Of a DNA stretch of 64,000 nucleotides, positions 20,303-30,076 are shown one piece after another. The notes beneath the pieces were generated by a model that did no database searches, was not told where the DNA came from, and saw only the letters and a program-made list of their open reading frames with translations. This DNA comes from an uncultured cyanobacterium (lineage in GTDB: Bacteria; Cyanobacteriota; Cyanobacteriia; Pseudanabaenales; Pseudanabaenaceae): NCBI GenBank assembly GCA_963703315.1, contig OY969811.1, positions 4,128,001-4,192,000 on the forward strand, read 5' to 3'. Each line of letters begins with the position of its first letter. Position 1 is the first letter of the stretch. The translations under genes and the position numbers were made by a program.

Positions 20303-21184
20303 ATGCAAGGACAAGTAGACATTCTCGATGAGCGATCGCTAGAAAGTTCTGACTTCCCTAGTCAGGACTTAGTAAATCAAGCTTTAGCAAATCAAGCTTT
20401 AGCAAATCAATTTGAATATGCAAGCGGTTCAATCATCGGGAGGAATCATGTTCTCGCTGGCAAAAATAATCAGGATGCTTATCAAATTTCTGTAAATAAG
20501 AGATTTATTACTGCGGTGGTGTGCGATGGCTGCGGCAGTGGTAAACATAGCGAAGTTGGTGCAAAGTTAGGCGCAAAGTTAGTGATTGGGGCAATTAGCA
20601 ATCTTCTTAATCAAGATGCTGAAAACCTATCTAATCCTGAGTTCTGGGATCTTGTTAAGCTTAATTTGTTGCAGAAGTTAAAGGATTTTGTAGCGCTTAC
20701 CAATGGTGATATGGAATTTGTAAATAATTATTTGTTGTTTACGATTCTTGGTGCAGTAATTACAGAACGCGAAACGATCGCTTTCTCAATGGGTGATGGC
20801 GCGATCGCTATTAATGGCAAACTAAATCAAATTCCTGCCTATCCTGACAATGCACCGCCCTATCTTGCCTACGGATTGTATAAACCTGAAGCAATTAATT
20901 TCGAGATACGCGATCGCCTCCCCACTTGCGAATTAGAATCCCTTCTCATCGCTACCGATGGAATTGATGATTTAATCGCAGTTGAAGATATCGCCCAGTT
21001 CTGGCAAAAAGATCGCTATTTCAAAAATCCTGACGCAGTGCGAAGAAAACTAGCCATGCTCAATCGGGAGGAAGTCAAACCTGATTGGAATAGAAAAGAG
21101 TTAACTAAGCGATCGGGCGTACTTTCTGATGATACGAGTTTGGTGGTGATACGAAGACCCTCACCCCCAGCCCCTCTCCCATAG
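20303..21184 (+). CDS. PP2C-like protein phosphatase (YegK/PphC-like)
   Basis: G.NH..NNQDA, VCDGCGSG, GDG, IATDG, DDTSLVV. Confidence 0.88.
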   Translation: MQGQVDILDERSLESSDFPSQDLVNQALANQALANQFEYASGSIIGRNHVLAGKNNQDAYQISVNKRFITAVVCDGCGSGKHSEVGAKLGAKLVIGAISNLLNQDAENLSNPEFWDLVKLNLLQKLKDFVALTNGDMEFVNNYLLFTILGAVITERETIAFSMGDGAIAINGKLNQIPAYPDNAPPYLAYGLYKPEAINFEIRDRLPTCELESLLIATDGIDDLIAVEDIAQFWQKDRYFKNPDAVRRKLAMLNREEVKPDWNRKELTKRSGVLSDDTSLVVIRRPSPPAPLP

Positions 21185-21200
21185 GGCGAGGGGAGCAAGA
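21155..21200 (+). repeat. 46-bp dispersed hairpin repeat, copy 1; supplies the PP2C C-terminus and stop codon
   Basis: agaccctcacccccagcccctctcccatagggcgaggggagcaaga; 42/46 identical to 23745-23790 by eye. Confidence 0.85.
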
Positions 21201-21224
21201 ATATTTTTACTTTTACCTTTTTAC

Positions 21225-22007
21225 TTGAAAACTATGTTAGGCGCAATTGTCGGTGATATTGTCGGTTCCATTTACGAGTTTAATAATCATCGCTCAAAAG
21301 ACTTCCCTCTCTTTGGTGAAGGATGTGATTTTACAGATGATACGGTTTTGACTGTGGCAGTTGCTGATTGCTTGTTGAATCAAGGTAATTATGCAGAATA
21401 CATCAAAAACTATGCTCGCAAATATCCCAATCGTGGCTATGGTGGACGCTTTGCTCAATGGATACGCTTTGAAAGTATGGAACCATACAATAGCTGGGGT
21501 AATGGCTCAGCCATGCGCGTCAGTGCCGTAGGATTTGCCTACAATGATTTGGAAGCCGTGATGAATGAGGCAAAGCGATCGGCAGAAGTCACTCACAATC
21601 ATCCCGAAGGAATTAAGGGAGCTCAGGCAACGGCTGTCGCGATTTATATGGCGCGTCAAGGTCAGAGCAAAGAGCAAATAAAAACAGCGATCGCTAAGTC
21701 TTTTAAATATGATTTAGATAGAACCTTAGACGAGATTCGTCCCATTTATAAGTTTAATGAATCATGTCAAGCAACCGTACCCGAAGCAATTATTGCCTTT
21801 TTAGAATCAACGGATTTTGAAGATGCGATTCGGAATGGAATTTCTCTAGGTGGTGATAGCGATACCCTGACTTGTATCACGGGCGGCATAGCTGAAGCTT
21901 TTTATGGTGGTGTACCAAAAGATATTGCTGACAAAGCTTTGAGTTATTTGCCACCACTCATTCGTGAAGTAGTTGAAGAATTTAGAACGAGGTATAACTT
22001 ATGTTAG
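21225..22007 (+). CDS. ADP-ribosylglycohydrolase (DraG/ARH family), paralog 1; ATG 21234 is the probable start
   Basis: GAIVGDIVGSIYE, TDDT, SWGNGSAMR, THNHPEG, GGDSDT. Confidence 0.92.
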   Translation: MKTMLGAIVGDIVGSIYEFNNHRSKDFPLFGEGCDFTDDTVLTVAVADCLLNQGNYAEYIKNYARKYPNRGYGGRFAQWIRFESMEPYNSWGNGSAMRVSAVGFAYNDLEAVMNEAKRSAEVTHNHPEGIKGAQATAVAIYMARQGQSKEQIKTAIAKSFKYDLDRTLDEIRPIYKFNESCQATVPEAIIAFLESTDFEDAIRNGISLGGDSDTLTCITGGIAEAFYGGVPKDIADKALSYLPPLIREVVEEFRTRYNLC

Positions 22008-22789
22008 GCGCGATCGCTGGTGATATTATCGGTTCGATTTACGAAGTTATTCCCATGAAGCGGAAGAACTTTAAACTATTCTCTTTTGGTAGTCATTTTA
22101 GCGATGATACCGTTCTTACTTATGCCGTTGCTCATTCCATTCTCACGGGAACCAGCTATGCGGGTAACTTCAAAAAATGTTTTTGGCGCTATCCCTTAGC
22201 AGGATTTGGACAGAGGTTTACTTGCTGGGCAATGCGAAATGGCAAGGAAGGCTATAACAGTTGGGGTAATGGTGCAGCGATGCGGGTGAGTCCGATCTCA
22301 TGGGCTTATGATAATCTCGAAGATGTCCTCAAGGAAGCCGAACGCTGCACCGCCACAACTCACAATCATCCTGAAGGTATTAAAGGTGGACAGGCAACGG
22401 CGGCGGCAATTTTCCTAGCCCGTCAGGGCAGAACTAAGACAGAAATCCGCGACTATATCGAGCAAACTTTCCATTACGATTTGCATCGCACTATCGATGA
22501 AATTCGCCCCAATTATAAGTTTGAGGTTTCCTGTCAAAAAAGTGTTCCTGAAGCAATCATCGCCTTTTTAGAATCAATAGATTTTGAAGATGCAATTCGC
22601 AATGCCGTATCTCTCGGTGGTGATAGCGACACGATCGCCGCAATTACAGGAAGCATTGCTGAAGCCTTTTATGGGGGTGTGCCTCATGCGATCGCGGTAC
22701 AGGTGTGGAAGAAACTAGATCGGCGAATTAGGAACACAGTGCTTGAGTTTAGTGGAACTTACAATTTGCCTTGCTATTTGAAATATTAG
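22001..22789 (+). CDS. ADP-ribosylglycohydrolase (DraG/ARH family), paralog 2
   Basis: GAIAGDIIGSIYE, SDDT, SWGNGAAMR, THNHPEG, GGDSDT; overlaps paralog 1 by 7 nt. Confidence 0.92.
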   Translation: MLGAIAGDIIGSIYEVIPMKRKNFKLFSFGSHFSDDTVLTYAVAHSILTGTSYAGNFKKCFWRYPLAGFGQRFTCWAMRNGKEGYNSWGNGAAMRVSPISWAYDNLEDVLKEAERCTATTHNHPEGIKGGQATAAAIFLARQGRTKTEIRDYIEQTFHYDLHRTIDEIRPNYKFEVSCQKSVPEAIIAFLESIDFEDAIRNAVSLGGDSDTIAAITGSIAEAFYGGVPHAIAVQVWKKLDRRIRNTVLEFSGTYNLPCYLKY

Positions 22790-22799
22790 GCGCAAAATC

Positions 22800-24656
22800 A
22801 TGGATATCTATCTCAATCAAAAGCGGATTAAAATCAATCCTAAAAATGCGATCGGCAAGGGTGGCGAAGCAGATATCTATGACCTCAAAAACGGCAAGGT
22901 TCTCAAACTCTTCAAAACCGCCGATCATCCAGATTATCAATTACTGCCACAGGAACAATTAGCGGCAAAATCGAGATTAGCGCTCCATCAGCAAAAATTA
23001 CCTGTTTTCCCGCAAAATCTGCCAGTAAGAGTGATTAAACCCGAAACTTTAGCAACAGATCAACAGGGCGCAATACTGGGCTATGCAATGCCTTTTTTGC
23101 AAAATACAGTACCACTTTTGAAATATAGCGATCGCAATTATCGCCAAACTAACGCTATCTCGCAGCAATCTGTAACTAATCTATTTCAAGATCTCCATGA
23201 ATCAGTTCTGAAAATCCATCAAGCAAATGTCACAATTGGTGATTTCAATGATTTGAATTTGCTGGTTTCTCAAAATCAAGTTTATTTGATTGATGCTGAT
23301 TCTTTCCAATTTGGACAGTTCCCTTGTCAGGTATTTACAGCAAGGTTTGTTGATCCGATATTGTGCGATCGCAGTGCTAATCAACCCATCCTCACCAGTT
23401 CTCACAATCCTGATTCCGATTGGTACGCCTTCACCGTGATGCTGATGCAGAGCCTTCTCTACGTCGATCCCTATGGCGGCGTATATAAGCCCAAATCGCA
23501 ATCTTCGCAAATCCCTCATAGTGCCAGACCTTTGCAAAGAATTACGATTTTCCATCCTGATGTCCGTTATCCCAAACCTGCCATTTCCTACAAAGTTCTA
23601 TCCGATGATTTGTTACATCACTTTCATAATTGCTTTGAAAAAGACTGGCGTGGAGATTTTCCCAAACCTCTGCTCGAATCAATGCGTTGGACAAAATGTA
23701 ACCAATGTGGAATCGAACATTTAAGGACTACCTGCCCAATTTGTAGACCCTCACCCCTAGCCCCTCTCCCACAGGGAGAGGGGAACAAGATGGGGAAAAC
23801 GTCTTGTAAGGTTTTGCAAGTCTTCCAAACTGAAGGCATAATCCTTCAAGTCACTTTACAAAACAATTCTCTCAATTATCTCTATCACGCTAACCACGAA
23901 TTCAAACGCGAAGACAACACAGTTTTATTATCAGGAGAACTCGATGCTAATACTCAATTTGCAATCTTTGGTAAGTCCACAATCGTTACTAAGCAAGGTA
24001 AAGCAATTACTCTCACGCAAGGACAACCGCAAGCGATCGCCACCGAGCTAATCCGAACCAATTCTTTCTCTCGTTACTGGATTGATCAAGGTCAATTACT
24101 CCGCGATGGCAAGCTAGGGAATGAATATATCGGCGATATTCTCGAAGGACAAACTCAGTTCTGGGTTGGTGAAACTTTCGGCTTTGGCTTTTATCGGGCA
24201 GGTGCGCTTAGCGTCGCTTTTACCTTTGATGCTAAGCGTGCAGGAATTTGCGATCGCCTAAATCTCCCCCCAATCCAAGGAGAGCTAATCGATGCAAATT
24301 GCACCTTTAGTAATGACCTCTGCTGGTTCTTCACCATCACTCAAGAGCAAGGTAGCATCATCCATCGAGTTTCCGTATTGCGTCCAACTGGCGAGTTAGT
24401 AGCAACTCATGCCGCACCGAAAGGGAATCTGGCATGGTTGACGAATATTCATGGTGGCAGTGCGATCGCTAATTGGCTATTCGTTCCCACCGATGAAGGT
24501 ATTGCTAGAGTTGAGGCACAAAATGGACAAATTATGATTACGAAAACTTTTCCCGAAACGGAACCCTATGTAGATAGCGGCTGTTCTCTAATCGTTAACT
24601 CACAAGGTATCTATGTGATTCACTCACAGAAGATTTTACAGTTACAATTGTCCTAG
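22800..24656 (+). CDS. YegI-like Ser/Thr kinase-fold protein with Zn ribbon and beta-rich C-terminal domain
   Basis: IGKGGEADIY Gly loop, VLKLF, IGDFNDLNLLV, IDADSFQF, CNQC..CPIC. Confidence 0.82.
   Translation: MDIYLNQKRIKINPKNAIGKGGEADIYDLKNGKVLKLFKTADHPDYQLLPQEQLAAKSRLALHQQKLPVFPQNLPVRVIKPETLATDQQGAILGYAMPFLQNTVPLLKYSDRNYRQTNAISQQSVTNLFQDLHESVLKIHQANVTIGDFNDLNLLVSQNQVYLIDADSFQFGQFPCQVFTARFVDPILCDRSANQPILTSSHNPDSDWYAFTVMLMQSLLYVDPYGGVYKPKSQSSQIPHSARPLQRITIFHPDVRYPKPAISYKVLSDDLLHHFHNCFEKDWRGDFPKPLLESMRWTKCNQCGIEHLRTTCPICRPSPLAPLPQGEGNKMGKTSCKVLQVFQTEGIILQVTLQNNSLNYLYHANHEFKREDNTVLLSGELDANTQFAIFGKSTIVTKQGKAITLTQGQPQAIATELIRTNSFSRYWIDQGQLLRDGKLGNEYIGDILEGQTQFWVGETFGFGFYRAGALSVAFTFDAKRAGICDRLNLPPIQGELIDANCTFSNDLCWFFTITQEQGSIIHRVSVLRPTGELVATHAAPKGNLAWLTNIHGGSAIANWLFVPTDEGIARVEAQNGQIMITKTFPETEPYVDSGCSLIVNSQGIYVIHSQKILQLQLS
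23745..23790 (+). repeat. 46-bp dispersed hairpin repeat, copy 2, in frame inside the kinase
   Basis: agaccctcacccctagcccctctcccacagggagaggggaacaaga translated as RPSPLAPLPQGEGNK. Confidence 0.85.
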
Positions 24657-24690
24657 CAATATTTTTAGCAATATATTCAGGTGATCTGCC

Positions 24691-25287
24691 ATGTCCTATA
24701 GCGAATTTACCTTAGAGTCAGTTCAGACAGCCTTTGACCTCACGATTGCTGAACGTGCCAATTTACTAAACGATTCCCCTTTAGCAGAATCCAGTGAATT
24801 TCTCAAACAACTTCTCGAAGAATTTGTGCCATTAGCGCTGGCAATGAATACCGAAAAAGCGCGATCAGAATTAATCATTGCGCCGATTTTAGTAGAAGTT
24901 CGCAAAAAATACTTAGACAAAGCAAGTTTATTCTCAGGTGTGGAACTCAACATTGATCGCGATTCTGGATTAAATGGTGTTTGTGACTTCTTATTAAGCC
25001 GATCGCCTTCACAACTAATGCTCAAAGCACCTGTTGTAGTTGTAGTTGAGGCAAAAAAGGAGAATATCAACGGAGCATTAGGACAATGTATTGCCGAAAT
25101 GTGGGCAGCGAAACTTTTCAATCAGCAACATGAGAATGATATTTCTGTAATTTATGGAGCCGCCACCACTGGCAACGATTGGAAGTTTTTACGCCTAAGC
25201 GATCGCCTTGTAGAGATTGATTTAACTGAGTATCAACTCAGTAATATAGACAAAATTCTAGGTATTCTTTCTCTCTCTTTTCAATAA
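24691..25287 (+). CDS. Cyanobacterial protein with restriction-endonuclease-like (HsdR_N-like PD-(D/E)xK) motifs
   Basis: GVCDFLL..VVVEAKK..GQCIAEM..YGAATTGNDWKF. Confidence 0.65.
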   Translation: MSYSEFTLESVQTAFDLTIAERANLLNDSPLAESSEFLKQLLEEFVPLALAMNTEKARSELIIAPILVEVRKKYLDKASLFSGVELNIDRDSGLNGVCDFLLSRSPSQLMLKAPVVVVVEAKKENINGALGQCIAEMWAAKLFNQQHENDISVIYGAATTGNDWKFLRLSDRLVEIDLTEYQLSNIDKILGILSLSFQ

Positions 25288-25311
25288 TTTTAAAACTGGA
25301 GAAACATTAAA

Positions 25312-26364
25312 ATGACTACTCAAATTGTTACACAACTTCCCATTCCTGCTTTTTTCGATCGCCACAAAGTCGGATCAGTATGGCGTGTCCCTTACCAAGA
25401 CCGCGCTAACCAAGCTGAAGCATGGGCTAAACAACATGGTATTGTCCCTGCCGCAAAGGATCGTAAGAAAATTTGTTTAATGGCGATCGATGTACAGAAT
25501 ACCTTTTGTATTCCCGATCATGAGCTATTTGTAGGTGGGCGTTCTGGTACTGGTGCGATCGAGGATAATGTGCGGCTGTGCGAGTTTATCTATCGTAACT
25601 TGCACCACATCAGCGAGATTGCGCCCACGATGGATACTCATACCGCCATGCAAATTTTCCATCCCATCTTTTGGGTGAATGATTCAGGAGAACATCCGAT
25701 TCCCAATGCTACTTCCATCACTTTAGAAGATGTGCAGCAAGGCAAGTGGAAAGTAAATCCTGCGATCGCCTATAGTCTTGCTAAAGGTAACTACATGGCA
25801 ATCCAGCGTCACGCATTGCATTATGTGCAGAAGCTTAGCGATGAAGGTAAGTTTCCACTTACGGTTTGGGCATATCACTCCATGCTCGGCGGTATCGGTC
25901 ATGCGCTAGTTTCTTCCGTCGAAGAAGCGATGTTCTTTCACAATATTGCGCGGCATAGTCAGACTAATTTCGAGATTAAAGGCGGTAATCCTCTCACTGA
26001 GAACTATTCTGTATTGCGTCCTGAAGTGATGGATGGAGCCGACGGCAGACCGATCGCACAGAAGAATACGCGCTTCTTGCAAAGACTATTGGAATTTGAC
26101 GCTGTAATTATTGCAGGTCAAGCCAAGAGTCATTGCGTTGCATGGACAATTCAAGATTTGCTCAGCGAAATCCTTGCCCATGATCCTAAACTCGCAAAGA
26201 AAGTCTATCTGTTGGAAGATTGTACTTCGCCAGTGGTTGTTCCGAATGTGGTCGATTACACCGATCAAGCAGATGCTGCCTTTCAGCGATTTGCTGATGC
26301 AGGTATGCACTTGGTCAAATCCACTGATGCAATGGAAAGTTGGGCGGATCTCAATCTCTCTTAA
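25312..26364 (+). CDS. Isochorismatase-superfamily cysteine hydrolase, nicotinamidase (PncA)-like, long form
   Basis: [21 protein letters not shown] catalytic Cys, LLEDCTSPV; NrtR context. Confidence 0.8.
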   Translation: MTTQIVTQLPIPAFFDRHKVGSVWRVPYQDRANQAEAWAKQHGIVPAAKDRKKICLMAIDVQNTFCIPDHELFVGGRSGTGAIEDNVRLCEFIYRNLHHISEIAPTMDTHTAMQIFHPIFWVNDSGEHPIPNATSITLEDVQQGKWKVNPAIAYSLAKGNYMAIQRHALHYVQKLSDEGKFPLTVWAYHSMLGGIGHALVSSVEEAMFFHNIARHSQTNFEIKGGNPLTENYSVLRPEVMDGADGRPIAQKNTRFLQRLLEFDAVIIAGQAKSHCVAWTIQDLLSEILAHDPKLAKKVYLLEDCTSPVVVPNVVDYTDQADAAFQRFADAGMHLVKSTDAMESWADLNLS

Positions 26365-26374
26365 ATTTATCTCC

Positions 26375-26555
26375 GTAGGGGCAGAGCATTCCTGCCACAA
26401 TTTATAAATTTTTAGATTCGCTCAATTTGGGAATGCTCTGCCCAACACCTAACAACGCAGGGACAATTTATCGGCAAAAGCAAGAGGGTTGAGCATTTGC
26501 GAATCGAGGTTTCTGTGGTGTGTTCCAAATTGTGACGCAAATGCTCAACCCCTAC
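26375..26555. repeat. REP/REPIN-like doublet with GTAG..CTAC ends
   Basis: GTAGgggcagagcattcc..ggaatgctctgccc and gggttgagcatttgcg..cgcaaatgctcaacccCTAC. Confidence 0.7.
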
Positions 26556-26571
26556 AGATCAAATGCATATC

Positions 26572-26616
26572 ACCAATTACCAATTACCAATTACCTATTA
26601 CCAATTACCTATTACC
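26572..26616. repeat. Heptamer tandem repeat (CCAATTA/CCTATTA, about 6 units), STRR-like
   Basis: accaattaccaattaccaattacctattaccaattacctattacc directly before ATG 26617. Confidence 0.85.
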
Positions 26617-27390
26617 ATGACTAACATTAATGATCTCTTTCAATCTGCTTTAGATGATGGAACCCTTTCCAATGAATCTTTACAAGCACTCACTGTTTAT
26701 GACCTCGGCGCACAAATCCAAGCAGGGCTTGGCATTCATGTTGATGATGTCATGTCTAGCGAAGTTGTGCTAGTAACGATTATGCCCGATGACTCTGGCT
26801 CGATCCAGTACTCAGGAAATGCTCAGGCAGTACGCGGCGGACATAACTCCGTAATTGATGCACTAATATCTTCGCAGCAACAGGACAATATTCTCATTCA
26901 CAATCGCTATTTAAATGGAAATGTTCTCTATCCCTACTGCCCGATCGCACAGGCAATCAGGATGGATTCCAAAAACTACACCCCAAATCAAGGTACACCA
27001 CTTTATGATCAGACGGTAGTGCTACTGGGGACAGTTTTAGCCAAAGCTCAAGAATTTTCGGATAATGGTGTACCAGTTCGCACTGTGACCCTGATTATTA
27101 CCGATGGTGATGATTGCCATTCGATGCGTCATACCGCTAAGGATGTGGCAGCGATCGCCCATGATATGTTGCGGATGGAAAACCATGTGATCGCTGCGAT
27201 GGGTATTGATGATGGCTCTACAAATTTCCGCCAAGTGTTTAAAGATATGGGAATTCGTGATGAATGGATTCTCACACCTGCGAATAGCGATGGCGAAATT
27301 CGCAAGGCTTTTCAGGTATTCTCGCAGTCAGCAATGCGTGTGAGTCAGAGTGCGGCTAACTTTAATTCACTAGGTGGATTTGGTGGTTAG
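26617..27390 (+). CDS. vWA domain protein (TerY/YegL-like)
   Basis: MIDAS DDSGS, GTPLYD, IITDGDD; start moved past the heptamer repeat. Confidence 0.85.
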   Translation: MTNINDLFQSALDDGTLSNESLQALTVYDLGAQIQAGLGIHVDDVMSSEVVLVTIMPDDSGSIQYSGNAQAVRGGHNSVIDALISSQQQDNILIHNRYLNGNVLYPYCPIAQAIRMDSKNYTPNQGTPLYDQTVVLLGTVLAKAQEFSDNGVPVRTVTLIITDGDDCHSMRHTAKDVAAIAHDMLRMENHVIAAMGIDDGSTNFRQVFKDMGIRDEWILTPANSDGEIRKAFQVFSQSAMRVSQSAANFNSLGGFGG

Positions 27391-27416
27391 CAACAAGGGG
27401 CATACGCCCCTTGTTG

Positions 27417-28904
27417 CTAGTCGATCTCGTTCGCAAAAACTGCCGTGATCGCCTGTTTCGCATCGGTGCGAAATTCCATAACATTCACACGGCTCAGGAA
27501 AAATACTGCTAGTAGCATTACTGCGGCTTCACAGATAAATACAAAGCTATAGGCAAAGGTACTGGACTCGCTACATATCTTTTTGCCAATATCTAGCACT
27601 ACGCCGCCTGAGACAGTGGCAAGACCTCTGGCGATCGCTTGAGATAGTCCCCAAGCACCGATAAAGGTTCCCGCAGTTTCTGCCGCCGTGAGGTCAAGCA
27701 TCAAACTCAAAGCTCCTGAAGTGGTAATTCCAGAAGCAAATCCAAATAGAGTTAAAGCAGCTTGTAAGACTGGAATTTTTTGGGTAAATCCTGCAATTAA
27801 TAATAAGGCACAACTACCCGCAACTAAGTAACAACCTAGTTTGGTGGAATTTTGCTTGCCAAGGCGCGGCACAATCAGGAATCCTGAAGAACTCAACCCA
27901 ATTAAGGTTCCTGTGCCAAAAGCGGCGTTAAGCTGTGTGGTTTTGCAAATGCTCATCCCAAATACAGCACCGCCAAAGGGTTCCATAATTGCATCTTGCA
28001 TGAAAATGCCAATGGTCATCATTAACAAGAATGAGAAGAATAAACCTGTTTGTTTGCTTGCCGTCAATACCCGTAAAGCTTTGCCAAGACTAAGTTTATC
28101 CTCTGTAGCGGTGGTTCCATTGAGAATGTGATTTTCAGCAACGCGCAACTTATAACGAGAATACTTCTGCTCAATGCCATAGGTAGCAAACAGAGATAAA
28201 CCAACTACCGCCGCAGGAATGACTATGAAGACAAAATTAAGTGTTTTTTGTAACTGGGCAAGGCGATCGCCATCAGCATAAATAGAAATATTACTAGGCG
28301 GTGCTTCTGAACATTGCAACAGCTTAGAAACCACGATTGCACCAATCACAATCCCCACCATCAACATCGACCAGACGATTCCCACTAGTTTAGAGCGATC
28401 CTCTTCGTCGGAAACATCCACTAACATCGCGGCAAAAGGTGTGGAACTCAGGCTAATTGACATTCCATACAGCCCGAACATCGCGCCCAAGGCGATCGCC
28501 CAGCCATAGGTGACACCATTCCAGCCAATCTCATGCACACTGCGTCCCAATTGCCACATGACCTGTGTTGTGAAAAAGGCGATGATCGCGAAGATCACGG
28601 CTCCAATCCAGACATAGCCTGAGCGATGGGTTCCAAATATCGTTTTGGCATCGGAGGTCTGCCCAAACCAAACTCGCGTCGGGGATGACACAAACAGAGG
28701 CAGCGCAATCAGCATAGCAGTTAGGGTAGCAGGAATCGCTAGTTCGTTGATCATCACACGGTTCAGCAGCCCTGCGGTCAGCAAAGACATGATTCCTAAA
28801 CCCATCTGAAATAGACCGATCCGAAACATTTGGATCAGTGGCAGTTTAGGCGGGTGTTGTGGTTGAGACTCATCTAAATCTGCGGTATCGATTTGGTTAT
28901 TCAT
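27417..28904 (-). CDS. PucC/BCD-family MFS (chlorophyll delivery) transporter
   Basis: FRIGLFQMGLGIMSLL..LNRVMINEL, R.WFGQ.SD, QDAIMEPFGG.VF, AGTFIGAWG. Confidence 0.9.
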   Translation of the reverse strand: MNNQIDTADLDESQPQHPPKLPLIQMFRIGLFQMGLGIMSLLTAGLLNRVMINELAIPATLTAMLIALPLFVSSPTRVWFGQTSDAKTIFGTHRSGYVWIGAVIFAIIAFFTTQVMWQLGRSVHEIGWNGVTYGWAIALGAMFGLYGMSISLSSTPFAAMLVDVSDEEDRSKLVGIVWSMLMVGIVIGAIVVSKLLQCSEAPPSNISIYADGDRLAQLQKTLNFVFIVIPAAVVGLSLFATYGIEQKYSRYKLRVAENHILNGTTATEDKLSLGKALRVLTASKQTGLFFSFLLMMTIGIFMQDAIMEPFGGAVFGMSICKTTQLNAAFGTGTLIGLSSSGFLIVPRLGKQNSTKLGCYLVAGSCALLLIAGFTQKIPVLQAALTLFGFASGITTSGALSLMLDLTAAETAGTFIGAWGLSQAIARGLATVSGGVVLDIGKKICSESSTFAYSFVFICEAAVMLLAVFFLSRVNVMEFRTDAKQAITAVFANEID

Positions 28905-29032
28905 CGGTTGAGATTATGCATTAAAAAATCAGTCAAAACGCTATTATCCCAAACTTCCGCAGAATTGCGCTAGCCGATCGCTAAACAAGTTCATAGACTC
29001 GAAATCAATTCTTATGCAATGGGGATAGATCT

Positions 29033-29590
29033 ATGAATTCTTTTATTAATTGTTTATTTAGAAGCTCAAGTCTTTTATTAGCATTAGGTTTAGCCCTTAG
29101 TCTTAGTAAAAACGTTTATGCAGAAAATCTATCGTCTAATATTCAACTAAAACAGCCAATCAAGACTCAAGTTAAACAGACAAAAACTAAGCAAAACCCC
29201 AATACACAATTACTAAACGCTCAATTACTCATAGCTGCTCAAAATGGCAATGCTAAAGAAGTGCGATCGCTAATTTCTCAAGCAACCGATGTTAATGTCC
29301 GTGATGAATATGGTTGGACACCGATTCTATGGGCGGCGATGAATGGACATACGGATGTAGTGCGGGTTTTATTAGCAGCAGGAGCTAATCCGAATACGCG
29401 CAATAAATACGGCTGGACTCCTCTGATGTGGGCAGCAGGTCAAGGCTATGGTGAAATCGTGCGATCGCTGATTGCATCAGGGGCGCGACTAAATGCACAG
29501 GATCGCAATGGTTGGACAGCGATGATGTGGGCATGGGATGGCAATCATCAAGAAACGGTGGCGATTTTACGCAACGTCGCTAAGGATTAA
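29033..29590 (+). CDS. Secreted ankyrin-repeat protein
   Basis: Signal peptide (VYA/E); repeats GWTPILWAA..GH, GWTPLMWAA..G, GWTAMMWA. Confidence 0.9.
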   Translation: MNSFINCLFRSSSLLLALGLALSLSKNVYAENLSSNIQLKQPIKTQVKQTKTKQNPNTQLLNAQLLIAAQNGNAKEVRSLISQATDVNVRDEYGWTPILWAAMNGHTDVVRVLLAAGANPNTRNKYGWTPLMWAAGQGYGEIVRSLIASGARLNAQDRNGWTAMMWAWDGNHQETVAILRNVAKD

Positions 29591-29687
29591 CAAGAGCGGC
29601 GCTCTTGTTCGTTGCTATATTCTGCAAAGCCGAGATTTTGTAAATCAAAACAGACTTCGCTGAATGGGGTTTGCGGTGGATGACTTC

Positions 29688-29793
29688 TACAGCCATTTCC
29701 GATCAAACGAACCACAAGAATAAATTTGAAAGCGTTGCTTCGCAACGCTTTCAAATTTATTCTTGGTTCGGGTTTGAGCGCAAAGTGCTGTAA
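29688..29793. mobile_element. About 105-bp MITE-like palindromic element, copy 2
   Basis: Ends tacagc..gctgta; central hairpin agaataaatttgaaagcgttgc-ttc-gcaacgctttcaaatttattct; homologous to 18083-18190. Confidence 0.75.
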
Positions 29794-30076
29794 CTTAAAT
29801 TCCGTCATTCATTAGGAAGATATTTGAGAAGTTTTTTAGAATCTCCAAATATTTTTAGATAGATATTCTAAACTAGAAACGTAGAAATAATATCTTATAT
29901 TTTTATAGCTATAGCCAGTAATGTTAGGACAAAAACAAAGTCCAATAGAGAGTTGCGCCGCAACTCTCTATTGAGCTTTATGTTATGACTGGAGTGGCTG
30001 TAGCTATAGTCTACTTTTATGAAGTGTTATTTGGAGAATTGTGCAAATCTGTTGTACTTTAAACTTAGATTAACTA

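Noticed and set aside
26563..26616. N-terminal extension MHITNYQLPITYYQLPIT of the vWA ORF
   Set aside because: It is the translation of a heptamer tandem repeat; ATG 26617 is more plausible.
29587..29808. 73-aa ORF, and similarly 17963-18151 and 19272-19460
   Set aside because: Made largely of palindromic repeat sequence; likely spurious.
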